64,000 nucleotides of DNA from an uncultured Phycisphaeraceae bacterium (GCA_964586145.1 CAZPHH010000006.1:15337-79336); one strand, 5' to 3'; numbered from the stretch's first letter, positions 16,219-25,089 are shown. The notes: a model not told the origin generated them from the sequence alone. Program-made: numbers and translations.

Positions 16219-17222
16219 TGCGCCTGAATCTCCTCGCGGCGGGTCCCTCGATCGCCGCCTCGATTGCCCTGCCCCCGGCGTCGGCCGCCGCCGTCCGCCG
16301 GCTCAATGGCGTCGGCGGGCGGTCGTCCTCCGCGACGGGGCGGGCCCGCGCTCGGGTCCCCACCGGAGCCGTCCCGCGCGTCACCGTCCCGAACACCACG
16401 TCCGTCCTCCCCGCCGCGGCGCGGCGGTCCGGGCTGCGGGGGTCCGCCGACACCGTCCGGACCCGGCTGACCCCGACTGCCGGGCGCGTCCGACGGCGCG
16501 CCGGCGCCGTCATCCTCGTCGTCGAAGTCGGCCTCCTCGCCAGCACCGTCCATAAGCTGCCGAAGGTCGTCCGGCAGCATGGGCAACACGTCCTCCAGCC
16601 TCATGCCGAAGGCCTGGAGCAGCGCCGGCAATACCTCGATCAGCTCTTCCAGCGTCAGATCCCGAAACAGGGCCGGATCCAGATCGTAGGGATTGAGCCC
16701 TTCCTGGCCCACGCCGGATAGCTGCTCCGCAAGATTCTCCGCGTCTTCCGCCTTCATGCCGAAGTCGCGGGTCAGGTCGATGCGCGCGGGGGTGGCCCGC
16801 AGCAGATGAACGGTCTGGAGGACCTCCGCGTTGTCGTAGTCCATCTCCTCGTCCACATTCCAGCGGCGCCCGTCGTACAGAATCTGCAACCGGATCGCCG
16901 TGAGCAGAGGGACGCCCGACGGCTCCATGGTCATCCGCCATCCGAACCGGGGAAACAGCTCGCCCCAGTCGCCTTCCACGATGTCATCCGGAACGACCAG
17001 GCCCGTGTCGAGCTCCGCAATCTTCGATTCCGCCAGCAGCAGCGCGGTGTAGTCCCGCTCCATGAGCTGGGAGGCCTGCCGGCCGGTGTGGATCTGCGAC
17101 CCGAGCACCGACAGACCCAGGATCAGCACGCCCAGCGCCACGAGGACCTCCATGAGAACGAAAGTCCGGCGGCGGCAGCGCCGATCGACGGGCCGAAGGG
17201 GATGGGTCGGGTGCGATCTCAT
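16215..17222 (-). CDS. Minor pseudopilin (GspI-like) with ~130-aa Gly/Arg/Asp/Pro-rich C-terminal tail
   Basis: The N-terminus is RRRTFVLMEVLVALGVLILGLSVLG, a pilin-like hydrophobic helix with Glu+5 but Thr instead of Gly at -1. The C-terminal third reads ...GAGEEADFDDEDDGAGAPSDAPGSRGQPGPDGVGGPPQPGPPRRGGEDGRGVRDGDARDGSGGDPSAGPPRRGGRPP.... It has a 4-nt overlap with the upstream gene. Confidence 0.6.
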   Translation of the reverse strand: MRSHPTHPLRPVDRRCRRRTFVLMEVLVALGVLILGLSVLGSQIHTGRQASQLMERDYTALLLAESKIAELDTGLVVPDDIVEGDWGELFPRFGWRMTMEPSGVPLLTAIRLQILYDGRRWNVDEEMDYDNAEVLQTVHLLRATPARIDLTRDFGMKAEDAENLAEQLSGVGQEGLNPYDLDPALFRDLTLEELIEVLPALLQAFGMRLEDVLPMLPDDLRQLMDGAGEEADFDDEDDGAGAPSDAPGSRGQPGPDGVGGPPQPGPPRRGGEDGRGVRDGDARDGSGGDPSAGPPRRGGRPPADAIEPADGGGRRRGQGNRGGDRGTRREEIQAQ

Positions 17223-18028
17223 CTCTTGCGCACCAGGCTTTCCTGAATCTCGATGACGTCGTTCTCCGTCAGCACGCGCTCGTTCAGAAAGTCGCGACGA
17301 AAGACCGGCGGCCAGTTGTTCTCCTCGAGCATGTCCAGCTCCTCGTCCTGGAGCGGCCGCTGCAGCCAGGCCAAACCGCTGACGCCGTCCAGAATCACCT
17401 CGATCACCGGGTACTCCAGCGGGTCGATCTCATCGGCCCGCTCCCCGGCCGACGGCGGGGCGCTGGTCAGAACGAATGTGGCCCATTCCGTGGAGCCGTC
17501 CGGCTCGAAGTAGAGCGGCGGGTACCGCTCGTCCGCCTCGCCCAGCAGGTCTTCCACCAGCATCTCGTGCCGCTCGGTGTCGTTCTTCCGCAGCGACTCA
17601 ACCGTGGGCTTGCCCAGCCGGATCTCGAGGCAGCGCACGCCTTTGCGCAGCACGTCCGACTGGGCCCACGACGCCAGCACGGGAACGAACGTGCCCGGCT
17701 CACTCAACGGCTCGGGTTCCCATTCCACCACGGGCTGACGCGGGTCGTAGACGATGTTCGCGTCGCGAGGCTCGGCCGATTCGCCCTCTTCCAGAAAGCG
17801 GACGCGGTACCGCCGGCCGTCCATGACCGCGTACCCGCGGGTCAGGCGAAGCAGCGACCGCATCTGGTTGGCCGAGTCCGGCAGCCGGGACCGCTCGATG
17901 TCCTGGATCATCGGAGGCAGCACCAGCGCGGAGAGGATTGCCAGCAGCCCGGTGACCAGCAGCATCTCCATCAGCGTGAAGCCGTCCCGGATGTCGTGGA
18001 TCGTACGTCTCATGGCCACCTGCCACAC
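17219..18028 (-). CDS. Minor pseudopilin (GspH-like), canonical prepilin motif
   Basis: The N-terminus is IRDGFTLMEMLLVTGLLAILSALVLP (G|FTLME). An alternative start is M6 at 18013. Confidence 0.65.
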   Translation of the reverse strand: MWQVAMRRTIHDIRDGFTLMEMLLVTGLLAILSALVLPPMIQDIERSRLPDSANQMRSLLRLTRGYAVMDGRRYRVRFLEEGESAEPRDANIVYDPRQPVVEWEPEPLSEPGTFVPVLASWAQSDVLRKGVRCLEIRLGKPTVESLRKNDTERHEMLVEDLLGEADERYPPLYFEPDGSTEWATFVLTSAPPSAGERADEIDPLEYPVIEVILDGVSGLAWLQRPLQDEELDMLEENNWPPVFRRDFLNERVLTENDVIEIQESLVRKR

Positions 18029-18137
18029 TGCCGTCCCCCGGCTCTCTGCGCCCCATGCGGAGGCGAGGGAGAACCCGGATCGGACCCCTCAGGATCGCCG
18101 CGGACCCGCCGGCTTCGGCCTCACGCGAGCGAGCCGG

Positions 18138-18593
18138 CTACTTGTCTCGCCAGTTCTTGATGTCGTCGTCGGTACCGTCCTTGCCGTCCGGTCCCACGCT
18201 CCAGAGGTCATATGACTTCTCGTTGACATCGCCGGGACTCTTGTACCGGTACTCGCGCTTCCACGGGTCGCGCAGGTCCTCCGGACTGCCTTCCAGGTAC
18301 GGGCCCTTCCAGATCTCGCGCTCGCGTTCCTCATCGATGCTGCGGGGCTTCTCGAACAGGGCCGCCAGCCCCTCGTCCGTCTCCGGGAAACTGCCCACGT
18401 CCATCCGGTACCGCCCCAGGGCCGTGGCAATGATCCCGTTGCCCCCGATCGCCGCTCGGGCGATGTCGATTTTGGCCTGGTCACCCGCCGTGATCAGGCT
18501 GGGGACCACAAACGCCGCCAGCAGCGCCAGGATGCCGACCACCAGCAGAATCTCCATCAGGGTGAAACCTCGGTTTCGTCGCACGCGTCTCAT
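18138..18593 (-). CDS. gspG: Major pseudopilin GspG
   Basis: The sequence MRRVRRNRGFTLMEILLVVGILALLAAFVVP carries the G|FTLME motif. The C-terminal DLWSVGPDGKDGTDDDIKNW matches the GspG calcium-loop pattern. The track ORF starts at 18677, but the internal M29 at 18593 gives the canonical short leader. Confidence 0.85.
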   Translation of the reverse strand: MRRVRRNRGFTLMEILLVVGILALLAAFVVPSLITAGDQAKIDIARAAIGGNGIIATALGRYRMDVGSFPETDEGLAALFEKPRSIDEEREREIWKGPYLEGSPEDLRDPWKREYRYKSPGDVNEKSYDLWSVGPDGKDGTDDDIKNWRDK

Positions 18594-18654
18594 GCCACCA
18601 TCTCCTTGCTCTGTTCCTGCGTCACGATCCATTCGCTTCATCGCGAGTACCGCC

Positions 18655-19863
18655 CTACTTGCCCAGGCCCGCCGCACTCATGGTCAGGATCGGGAGCAGC
18701 AGCGCCACCGCAATACACAACACAATCACCGCCATCACCAGCAGCAACAGCGGCTCAATCAACCGCACGCCCAGGTCAATCTGCCGGGCCGTGCGCGTCT
18801 CGTTCGCATCTGCAATCTGGATGAGCACGTTCTCCAGGTTGTTGCTCTCTTCCGCGACCGCCATCATGTCGATGACGTCCACGGGAAACAGTCCGCTCTT
18901 GCCGAGCTGGGCCGCCAGGCCCTCGCCCTTGCGAACGGCCTCGCCCGCCCGCTCCACCTGCTCGGCCAGGATGGCGTTGCCCGCCGAGTCCTTGGAGATG
19001 CTGATCGCCTGCAGAATGGGCACCCCGTTGTGAAGCATGGTGCCCAGAATTCGGCAGAACCGGCAGACGGCGACCAGCGTGACGATCTTGCCCAGCACCG
19101 GGGCCCGAAGCTGAAACTTCGCCCACACCGCTTTGCCCCAGCTCGTCTGGACGAGCGAGTACACGCCGAAGAAGAGGGCCGCAGAGCCGCCGAGGATCAG
19201 CCAGGGATGCCCGCGCAGCACATCCGTGGCCCCGAACACGATGTGAGTCATGAAGTTGTACGACTGCGGGGGGATGTACCCCCGGAGCTGCGGCACAACG
19301 ACCGTCAGCAGAAACGTGACCACGGTCGTGCCGACCAACAGCAGCACCGCCGGATAAATGAGCGATCCGACCAGCTTGTTCCGAAGCTCGTCCTGGCGCT
19401 CCGCGAACATGGACAGACGCGTCAGCACGTCCTCCAGGAACCCGCCGCGCTCTCCCGCCCGCACCATCGCCGCGTGCAGCGACTTGAACACCTGCGGATG
19501 CTGCTCCATCGCGTCCGCCAGCGTCCGACCGCCCGACACGTCCTCGCGAACCTCCTTGAGAATCTCCGTCAGAACCGGGTGGGCATTCTGCCGCGTCAGC
19601 ACGTCCAGGGCCCGCAGCATCGGCACGCCCGCCCGCAGCAGGTCGGCCAACTGGCTGTAGAACACCGTGATGTACCGCAGCTTCACCCGACGACGCGAAC
19701 CGGTCAGCTTCGACTTGCTGACCGCCGTTCCCTCCTCCACCTGGATGGGGAACAGCGCCTGCTCGTCCAGCATGCGCAGCGCAACCTGGTGGTTCTCCGC
19801 GGTCACCACCCCGGTTACCGCCTGCCCGGCTTCGTTCACCGCTTTGTACGTGAAGCTTGGCAT
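18655..19863 (-). CDS. gspF: Type II secretion / type IV pilus platform protein GspF/PilC family
   Basis: The canonical N-terminus MPSFTYKAVNEAGQAVTGVVTAENHQVALRMLDEQALFPIQVEE is present, followed by two GspF repeats and three TM regions. The track ORF extends to 19983, but the extra 40 aa are not GspF-like. Confidence 0.85.
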   Translation of the reverse strand: MPSFTYKAVNEAGQAVTGVVTAENHQVALRMLDEQALFPIQVEEGTAVSKSKLTGSRRRVKLRYITVFYSQLADLLRAGVPMLRALDVLTRQNAHPVLTEILKEVREDVSGGRTLADAMEQHPQVFKSLHAAMVRAGERGGFLEDVLTRLSMFAERQDELRNKLVGSLIYPAVLLLVGTTVVTFLLTVVVPQLRGYIPPQSYNFMTHIVFGATDVLRGHPWLILGGSAALFFGVYSLVQTSWGKAVWAKFQLRAPVLGKIVTLVAVCRFCRILGTMLHNGVPILQAISISKDSAGNAILAEQVERAGEAVRKGEGLAAQLGKSGLFPVDVIDMMAVAEESNNLENVLIQIADANETRTARQIDLGVRLIEPLLLLVMAVIVLCIAVALLLPILTMSAAGLGK

Positions 19864-20036
19864 CCGTTCTCTACCCCGGATTCCCCGGACCCCGATTCGG
19901 GCACGTGCAGACTGTGTGTCGCATTGGAGCGAGTCGGTGTGTTCCCACCCAAGCCACAAGATGTTGTATGGCCGTCGGACCATCCATGGTCATGGCCGCC
20001 GCACTGGCTGAGTTATCGGTCGAAGCACGCACCATT

Positions 20037-20065
20037 ACCCTATCCAAACTAACCACTTACGTCAA
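20037..20065 (-). promoter_or_regulatory. Candidate sigma70-type promoter of the secretion operon
   Basis: The minus strand reads TTGACG (20065-20060), a 17-nt spacer, then TAGGGT (20042-20037). It sits downstream of the M14 gene terminator and upstream of gspF. Confidence 0.35.
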
Positions 20066-20171
20066 CCTGCCACCCCCCGGGCTTCCCATCCGCGCGGAAG
20101 GGGCCGCACGCCGGTGTTTTCTACACGCCCCAACGGGGAAAATTGCAGACGGCGGAAGGTCGGGGACCCCC

Positions 20172-20217
20172 AAAAACAAAGGCCCGGACGGAGCGGGTGG
20201 ACCACCCCGACCGGGCC
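20172..20217 (-). terminator. Rho-independent terminator after the M14 peptidase gene
   Basis: The minus strand reads GGCCCGGTCGGGGTGGTCCACCCGCTCCGTCCGGGCC. The outer stem is GGCCCGG/CCGGGCC and the inner stem is GGGTGG/CCACCC. The hairpin is followed by TTTGTTTTT. Confidence 0.55.
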
Positions 20218-20262
20218 GGATAGGCCGTTTCTCGCGATGCGAGCCGAATGGATCGTGCGGGC

Positions 20263-21048
20263 CTACTTGCCCAGCGCGACCGACTGGGCCGGCTCATGCT
20301 GAATGGCCGCCACCAACGCCTCGCGGTTTGTCGCCCAGCACTCCTCGGCAGGCGCCGGACGCGGTAATTCCAGCGTGATCGTCGGGATCCCCAGCTCACG
20401 GCCCGCCCAGGTGCCGAAGCTGCCCGGCGTGGGGTAGCCGATCGACGGCTTGACCGGGTAGCCGTTGTGGGTCGCCATCAGGGCGGCGACGGCCTCGCCC
20501 GGGCCGTCGAAGTTGTTGCACTGCCGGTTTCGCGAAATCGAATGGATCGAGATGATCAGGCCGGGCTCCAGGTGCCGCACCAGATCGAGCACGATCTGCG
20601 ATTCCGGTTCACTGAGCGACGCCGGGCCGCCGTGGGAGCCGTCCCGGGGATCGCTGGGCACCCAGTTTCCCGTGGGGAAATTGCGGTTCAGATCCACGCC
20701 CCGGACGTTCTTTCTCGTGTCTCGGACGTAGCCGTCCGGATTGACGTTCGGGACCACCACCACGCACCGACCGGCCAGGAGAGTCGGCGAGCCGTTGAGC
20801 ATCGAGACCAGCTCCTCCGCCACGTACACACTCGCCTGCTCGTTCCCGTGGAACCCGCCCAGAACCAGCACCGGCGCGGGCCCGTGGCCGAACGTGAAGG
20901 ATTCGATCGGACGCCCCTCGACGGAGTAGCCCAGCAGCGCCCGCACCGCCGGCAGGGGCGGTGTCTGTCCGGTGTAGGCGGCCGGCCGTGCCTGGATGCA
21001 GCCCACCAGGGCCGCGGTACTCACGATCATGGCTATGCGTCTGATCAT
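20263..21048 (-). CDS. M14-family zinc carboxypeptidase lipoprotein (MpaA-like murein peptide amidase type)
   Basis: MIRRIAMIVSTAALVGC provides a lipobox. Diagnostic motifs are GGFHGNEQAS, VVVVPNVNPDGY, GVDLNRNFP and IISIHS. A GGAGGAAG Shine-Dalgarno sequence precedes ATG 21048. Confidence 0.75.
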   Translation of the reverse strand: MIRRIAMIVSTAALVGCIQARPAAYTGQTPPLPAVRALLGYSVEGRPIESFTFGHGPAPVLVLGGFHGNEQASVYVAEELVSMLNGSPTLLAGRCVVVVPNVNPDGYVRDTRKNVRGVDLNRNFPTGNWVPSDPRDGSHGGPASLSEPESQIVLDLVRHLEPGLIISIHSISRNRQCNNFDGPGEAVAALMATHNGYPVKPSIGYPTPGSFGTWAGRELGIPTITLELPRPAPAEECWATNREALVAAIQHEPAQSVALGK

Positions 21049-21190
21049 CTTCTCGCTTCCTCCCCCCGTTATCGGTCGTTCGCCGGTCCCCTTCCCAACC
21101 AAATCGAGATGCGCCGTGCCGATCCGAAACCGGTCGGCCGGAAGCACCCGAACCACTTGTGGCTACGGCGATTGGCGATGGAAGCGGCGG

Positions 21191-22309
21191 TCACCCGGTG
21201 GCGTCGATCGGATCCACCGGTCGGGTGGTCGTCCGACGCGTTCGGGCCGGCGTGCGCGATGCGGCGGCGGTCGCCTTGCGGGCCCGAGCCTGCACGGTGT
21301 TTTGCGTCGACTCAAAGAAGCTGCCGAGGCTGCGAATCCGCTCGTACCGCTTCTTGAGGATGGTTTCGATCTTGTATCGCTTCAAATCACGAAGCGTGTC
21401 CGTGATGTGCGACTCGAGATTGGCGGCGGCAGCGGCCGGGTCCCGGTGGGCCCCGCCGAACGGCTCCGGAATGATCTGATCCACCAGACCGAGCCGCTTG
21501 AGTTCCTTGGCCGTCAGCTTCAATGACTCGGCCGCCCTTTTGCGCTGCTCGCCGGTGCGCCAGAGAATGGCCGCGCATCCCTCCGGGGAAATGACGGAAT
21601 AGAACGAGTGCTCGAGCATGGCCACACTGTCCCCCACGCCGATTCCCAGGGCGCCGCCGCTGCCCCCCTCCCCGATCACCGCACAGACGATCGGCGTGCG
21701 CAACCGGGACATTTCCATCAGATTCACGGCGATGGCGTACGAGATTCCGCGCTCTTCCGAGCCCACGCCCGGGTAGGCGCCCGGCGTGTCAATCAGGCAG
21801 ACCACCGGGACCCCGTACTTGGCCGCCAGCCTCATCTTGAGCAGGGCCTTGCGATACCCTTCCGGATGGGCGCAGCCGAAGTTGCACGCGATGCGTTCCT
21901 TGGTGTCCTTGCCTTTGTTGTGTCCGACAAGCATCACCTTGTGCGGCCCGATCCGCCCGAACCCGGTGATGATCGCCCGGTCGTCCCCGAAGCATCGATC
22001 ACCGGCCAGTTCACAGAAGTCGCGGACCATCAGGCGGAGGTAATCCGTCAACAGCGGGCGTTGCGGGTGCCGGGCGACCAGAACGGTCTCCCAGGGAGTC
22101 AAGTGGGAGTACATGCGCTTGGTCATGGACCGAAGCCGGGACGTCATTTCCTCGATGTCCTTGGAGACATCGCGGTCCGATTCCTTTTCCCGGCGGCGCA
22201 GCTCCTCAATTTCGGACTGAATGCGCAGGAGCGGCTTCTCAAACTCCAGATAGCTGGACGCCCCCAGGCCGGCGGCGCCCGCCGTTGTCGTATTGGCTTG
22301 GTTACTCAT
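21191..22309 (-). CDS. accA: Acetyl-CoA carboxylase carboxyltransferase alpha subunit
   Basis: Diagnostic motifs are LEFEKPLLRIQSEIEELRR, ARHPQRPLLTDY, GFGRIGPHKVMLVGHNKG, FGCAHPEGYRKALLKMRLAAKYGVPVVCLIDTPGAYPG and EERG. A C-terminal basic extension is present. Confidence 0.9.
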   Translation of the reverse strand: MSNQANTTTAGAAGLGASSYLEFEKPLLRIQSEIEELRRREKESDRDVSKDIEEMTSRLRSMTKRMYSHLTPWETVLVARHPQRPLLTDYLRLMVRDFCELAGDRCFGDDRAIITGFGRIGPHKVMLVGHNKGKDTKERIACNFGCAHPEGYRKALLKMRLAAKYGVPVVCLIDTPGAYPGVGSEERGISYAIAVNLMEMSRLRTPIVCAVIGEGGSGGALGIGVGDSVAMLEHSFYSVISPEGCAAILWRTGEQRKRAAESLKLTAKELKRLGLVDQIIPEPFGGAHRDPAAAAANLESHITDTLRDLKRYKIETILKKRYERIRSLGSFFESTQNTVQARARKATAAASRTPARTRRTTTRPVDPIDATG

Positions 22310-22593
22310 GTGTCGCTCTCAGAACTCCGTTCGGGCCGGCCCGTTGCGGGCCGTTGCCGGAACCACCTGCCCCGCGCCATGTGCCAGAGTCTATCCGCAG
22401 GTGTTCCAGAAATAAAGGAGGATTCGCGGGCGACCGCCATAAGCTCTTGTCTCATGGCCCATTATACGGAAGACTCCCCACTTGTAACCAACCGCCGCTG
22501 CGAAGGTTGCGGCCGTTTCTGGGCGCCAATGGAGAAGTAGGCCTAAGTATCGGTCGTCAAACGGCTTATGGGGATCAAGCGCATGGATGCGAA

Positions 22594-23616
22594 TCAGGCG
22601 TCTCCATACCCGTGCGGGTGCGATCGATGCCACGCCCAGGCGGTTTCGATGATCTCCCGAATGTCCGTGTGCCGGGGCTGCCACTCCAGTTCGGCCATCA
22701 GTTTGCCGGGGTCTGCATAGAGCTCCGGCGGATCGCCCGGCCGGCGGGGCGCGGGCTTGGCGGGGATGGGGTGTCCAGTAACCTCTCGCGCCGCCTCGAG
22801 GACCTGTTTGACGGAGGTGCCCACTCCGGTCCCCACGTTATAGGCGCGAAATTCTCCCGGCTCCTGCGTCTCGATGGCCCGGACGTGGGCGTCGACCAGA
22901 TCGTCCACGTGAACGTAGTCACGGATGCAGGAACCATCCCGGGTGGGATAGTCCACGCCGAAGATCTGGGCGTTCTCCCGCTGTTCGAGGGCAACCTGGA
23001 GAATCACCGGGATCAGATGGATTTCCGGATCGTGGTCTTCCCCAAGACTCCCGTCGGCGGCCGCGCCGCAGGCGTTGAAATACCGCAGGCACGTCACGCC
23101 GAGCTTCCATGCCCTGGCGGAATCCCGCATGGCCCACTCCATCGCCAGCTTGGTGTTTCCGTAGGGGTTGATGGGGGCCTGGGGCATGGACTCTGTGATG
23201 GGAACCGCGGCCGGTATGCCGTAGCACGCGCAGGTGGAACTGAACACCAGGCGCAGAACCTGGTACTTCTGCATGAGGTCCAGCAGCGTGATCGTGTGGA
23301 CCACGTTGTTGCGGTAGTACTTCAGCGGTTCGGCGACGGATTCGCCCACGTTCAGGTATGCGGCGAAGTGAAGCACGCCGTCAAAGCCGGCGTCGCGGAT
23401 GAGGGTCTCGAGCGCCCGGGCATCGGCAAGGTCGCCCAGCACGAACGTGGCCCGCGGATCGACCGCCGCCGCGTGGCCGGCGCCCAGGTTGTCCCAGACG
23501 ACGACTTCGTGGCCGCGATCGCACAGACCCCGTACGCAGAAGCTCCCCACGTACCCCGCGCCGCCGGTTACCAACAACTTCATGGATGCATGCCTTTCCG
23601 CATGAGGTTCGGTCAT
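22594..23616 (-). CDS. galE: UDP-glucose 4-epimerase
   Basis: Diagnostic motifs are MKLLVTGGAGYVGSF, YGNTKLAME (the YxxxK catalytic motif) and DGSCIRDYVHVDDLVDAHV. The start is either 23616 (ATGA overlap with the upstream small ORF) or the ATG at 23583. Confidence 0.9.
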   Translation of the reverse strand: MTEPHAERHASMKLLVTGGAGYVGSFCVRGLCDRGHEVVVWDNLGAGHAAAVDPRATFVLGDLADARALETLIRDAGFDGVLHFAAYLNVGESVAEPLKYYRNNVVHTITLLDLMQKYQVLRLVFSSTCACYGIPAAVPITESMPQAPINPYGNTKLAMEWAMRDSARAWKLGVTCLRYFNACGAAADGSLGEDHDPEIHLIPVILQVALEQRENAQIFGVDYPTRDGSCIRDYVHVDDLVDAHVRAIETQEPGEFRAYNVGTGVGTSVKQVLEAAREVTGHPIPAKPAPRRPGDPPELYADPGKLMAELEWQPRHTDIREIIETAWAWHRSHPHGYGDA

Positions 23617-23894
23617 CCGCCGACCACGTCGTCCAGGCGGGAGAGGCTCGCGATGCCCGCCCAGAGCACGTAGACGCGCTGCCGATTGGGGTTGATGCCG
23701 TCGCGGCTGGCGTCCAGCACGTACAGCTCCTTGGAGGCGTGCCCGTCGCGGCAGTCGTGGACGTCGGCGCCGGCAAGCCAGACGCCGGATTCGGTCGCCT
23801 CCACCAGGGTCCCCAGATACACGATGGGGCCGAACGTATCAAGCACGACACGCTGGTCCACCAACGGCTGCACATCCTGCGGAACGGGACCCAT
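23613..23894 (-). CDS. Small hypothetical protein (94 aa), translationally coupled to galE
   Basis: The sequence is MGPVPQDVQPLVDQRVVLDTFGPIVYLGTLVEATESGVWLAGADVHDCRDGHASKELYVLDASRDG.... It may have a small beta-barrel (Sm-like) pattern. I recognise no family with confidence. Confidence 0.4.
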   Translation of the reverse strand: MGPVPQDVQPLVDQRVVLDTFGPIVYLGTLVEATESGVWLAGADVHDCRDGHASKELYVLDASRDGINPNRQRVYVLWAGIASLSRLDDVVGG

Positions 23895-24003
23895 GGAGCG
23901 CTTCCACCTTCCTTGAACACCCTGCCAGGCACGGATATAGTATGGGCACTGCCTTCGGAGCGTCAACGGCGTTGCCGTGCTCTGCAACCCTGGAGGACAA
24001 GCC

Positions 24004-25071
24004 ATGGCATGGAGAGCCCTACCGAACACCTGGCGACTTTCCGTCGCCGTGCTGCTGCTGAGTCTGTTTGCCGCCGCGGCTCTTGTGCCGGCCGCGGATG
24101 TCGAGGCGGAGTATCAGCGGCGAGTGCAGGCCCTGGCCGCGGACGACGTGGACGGGCACCTCCAACTGGCCCTCTGGTGCAGGGACCAGGAGGCGTGGAC
24201 GCTGCTTCGCAACGAATGCACGCACATTCTGCGCCTGGTTCCCGAACACCAGCAGGCCAGGCTCCTGCTGCAACTGGCCCGGACCAAGCTGGGCCAGAAG
24301 GAGGAAACGCCGTCGGCCGATCCAACCGCTCCCACCGACGGCGCCGGCGCCGCCACGGACTTCGCCCGCGTCGTCACCGACGAGGAGATCCAGACGATGC
24401 GCCGGATCGAACTGGGCCTCGGCCGGCCCGACCGGGTGCAGGTCCGGTTCCTCACGGTTCCGGATGTCGCCAAGACCGCCGACACCGCCTTCGCCGACGA
24501 GTTCTTTGCCGCGAATCGGCAGGAACGGGCCGCATTCATGAAGCGTATCCCTGCGGAACGGGCGTGGTTCATTCTGTCACAGCCGGGCCGTGAGCACGCC
24601 CGGCGCTACGGACCGTACATCCAGATCAACAGTGATCCGGAAGTCTTCGCCGAGTTTGAGCGAGGCGTGCTCCCGGTCATCCAGGCCGGTTGCGCCTCCG
24701 CGCAGTGCCATGGCGGGGAGAACGCCCGGGGCTTCCGCCTGTTCACGGGCCGGCGGCTGTCCAAGAACCAGGTGTACACCAACTATCTGATCCTCAACAG
24801 CTACGCGCAGGACGGGCGGAAAGGCCCGGAGAAGCTGATCGATCGAGCCATGGGACACCATTCGCTGCTGCTGTTCTACGGCCTGAAAAACCCCATGGTA
24901 AACGAGTTGACGCCGGGCGTGCATCCCGTTCCCATCGATCCGGTGTACCGCAGCGACCGAGACCCGAAGTACGAGCGGATCCTCCGCTGGATCAACATGC
25001 TCAGCGTGGTTCCTCCCGAGTACGGGATCGACGTATCCCCGGCGCCACCCGCGCCCCCGGCCCCCAAGTAG
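24004..25071 (+). CDS. Secreted protein with PSCyt-like (planctomycete cytochrome c-like) segment
   Basis: A GGAGG Shine-Dalgarno sequence precedes ATG 24004. MAWRALPNTWRLSVAVLLLSLFAAAALVPA forms a signal peptide. FERGVLPVIQAGCASAQCHGGENARGFRLF resembles the PSCyt1 haem-motif region but with CX4CH spacing. Confidence 0.5.
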   Translation: MAWRALPNTWRLSVAVLLLSLFAAAALVPAADVEAEYQRRVQALAADDVDGHLQLALWCRDQEAWTLLRNECTHILRLVPEHQQARLLLQLARTKLGQKEETPSADPTAPTDGAGAATDFARVVTDEEIQTMRRIELGLGRPDRVQVRFLTVPDVAKTADTAFADEFFAANRQERAAFMKRIPAERAWFILSQPGREHARRYGPYIQINSDPEVFAEFERGVLPVIQAGCASAQCHGGENARGFRLFTGRRLSKNQVYTNYLILNSYAQDGRKGPEKLIDRAMGHHSLLLFYGLKNPMVNELTPGVHPVPIDPVYRSDRDPKYERILRWINMLSVVPPEYGIDVSPAPPAPPAPK

Positions 25072-25089
25072 CGAGCAGCCCGGATACCC

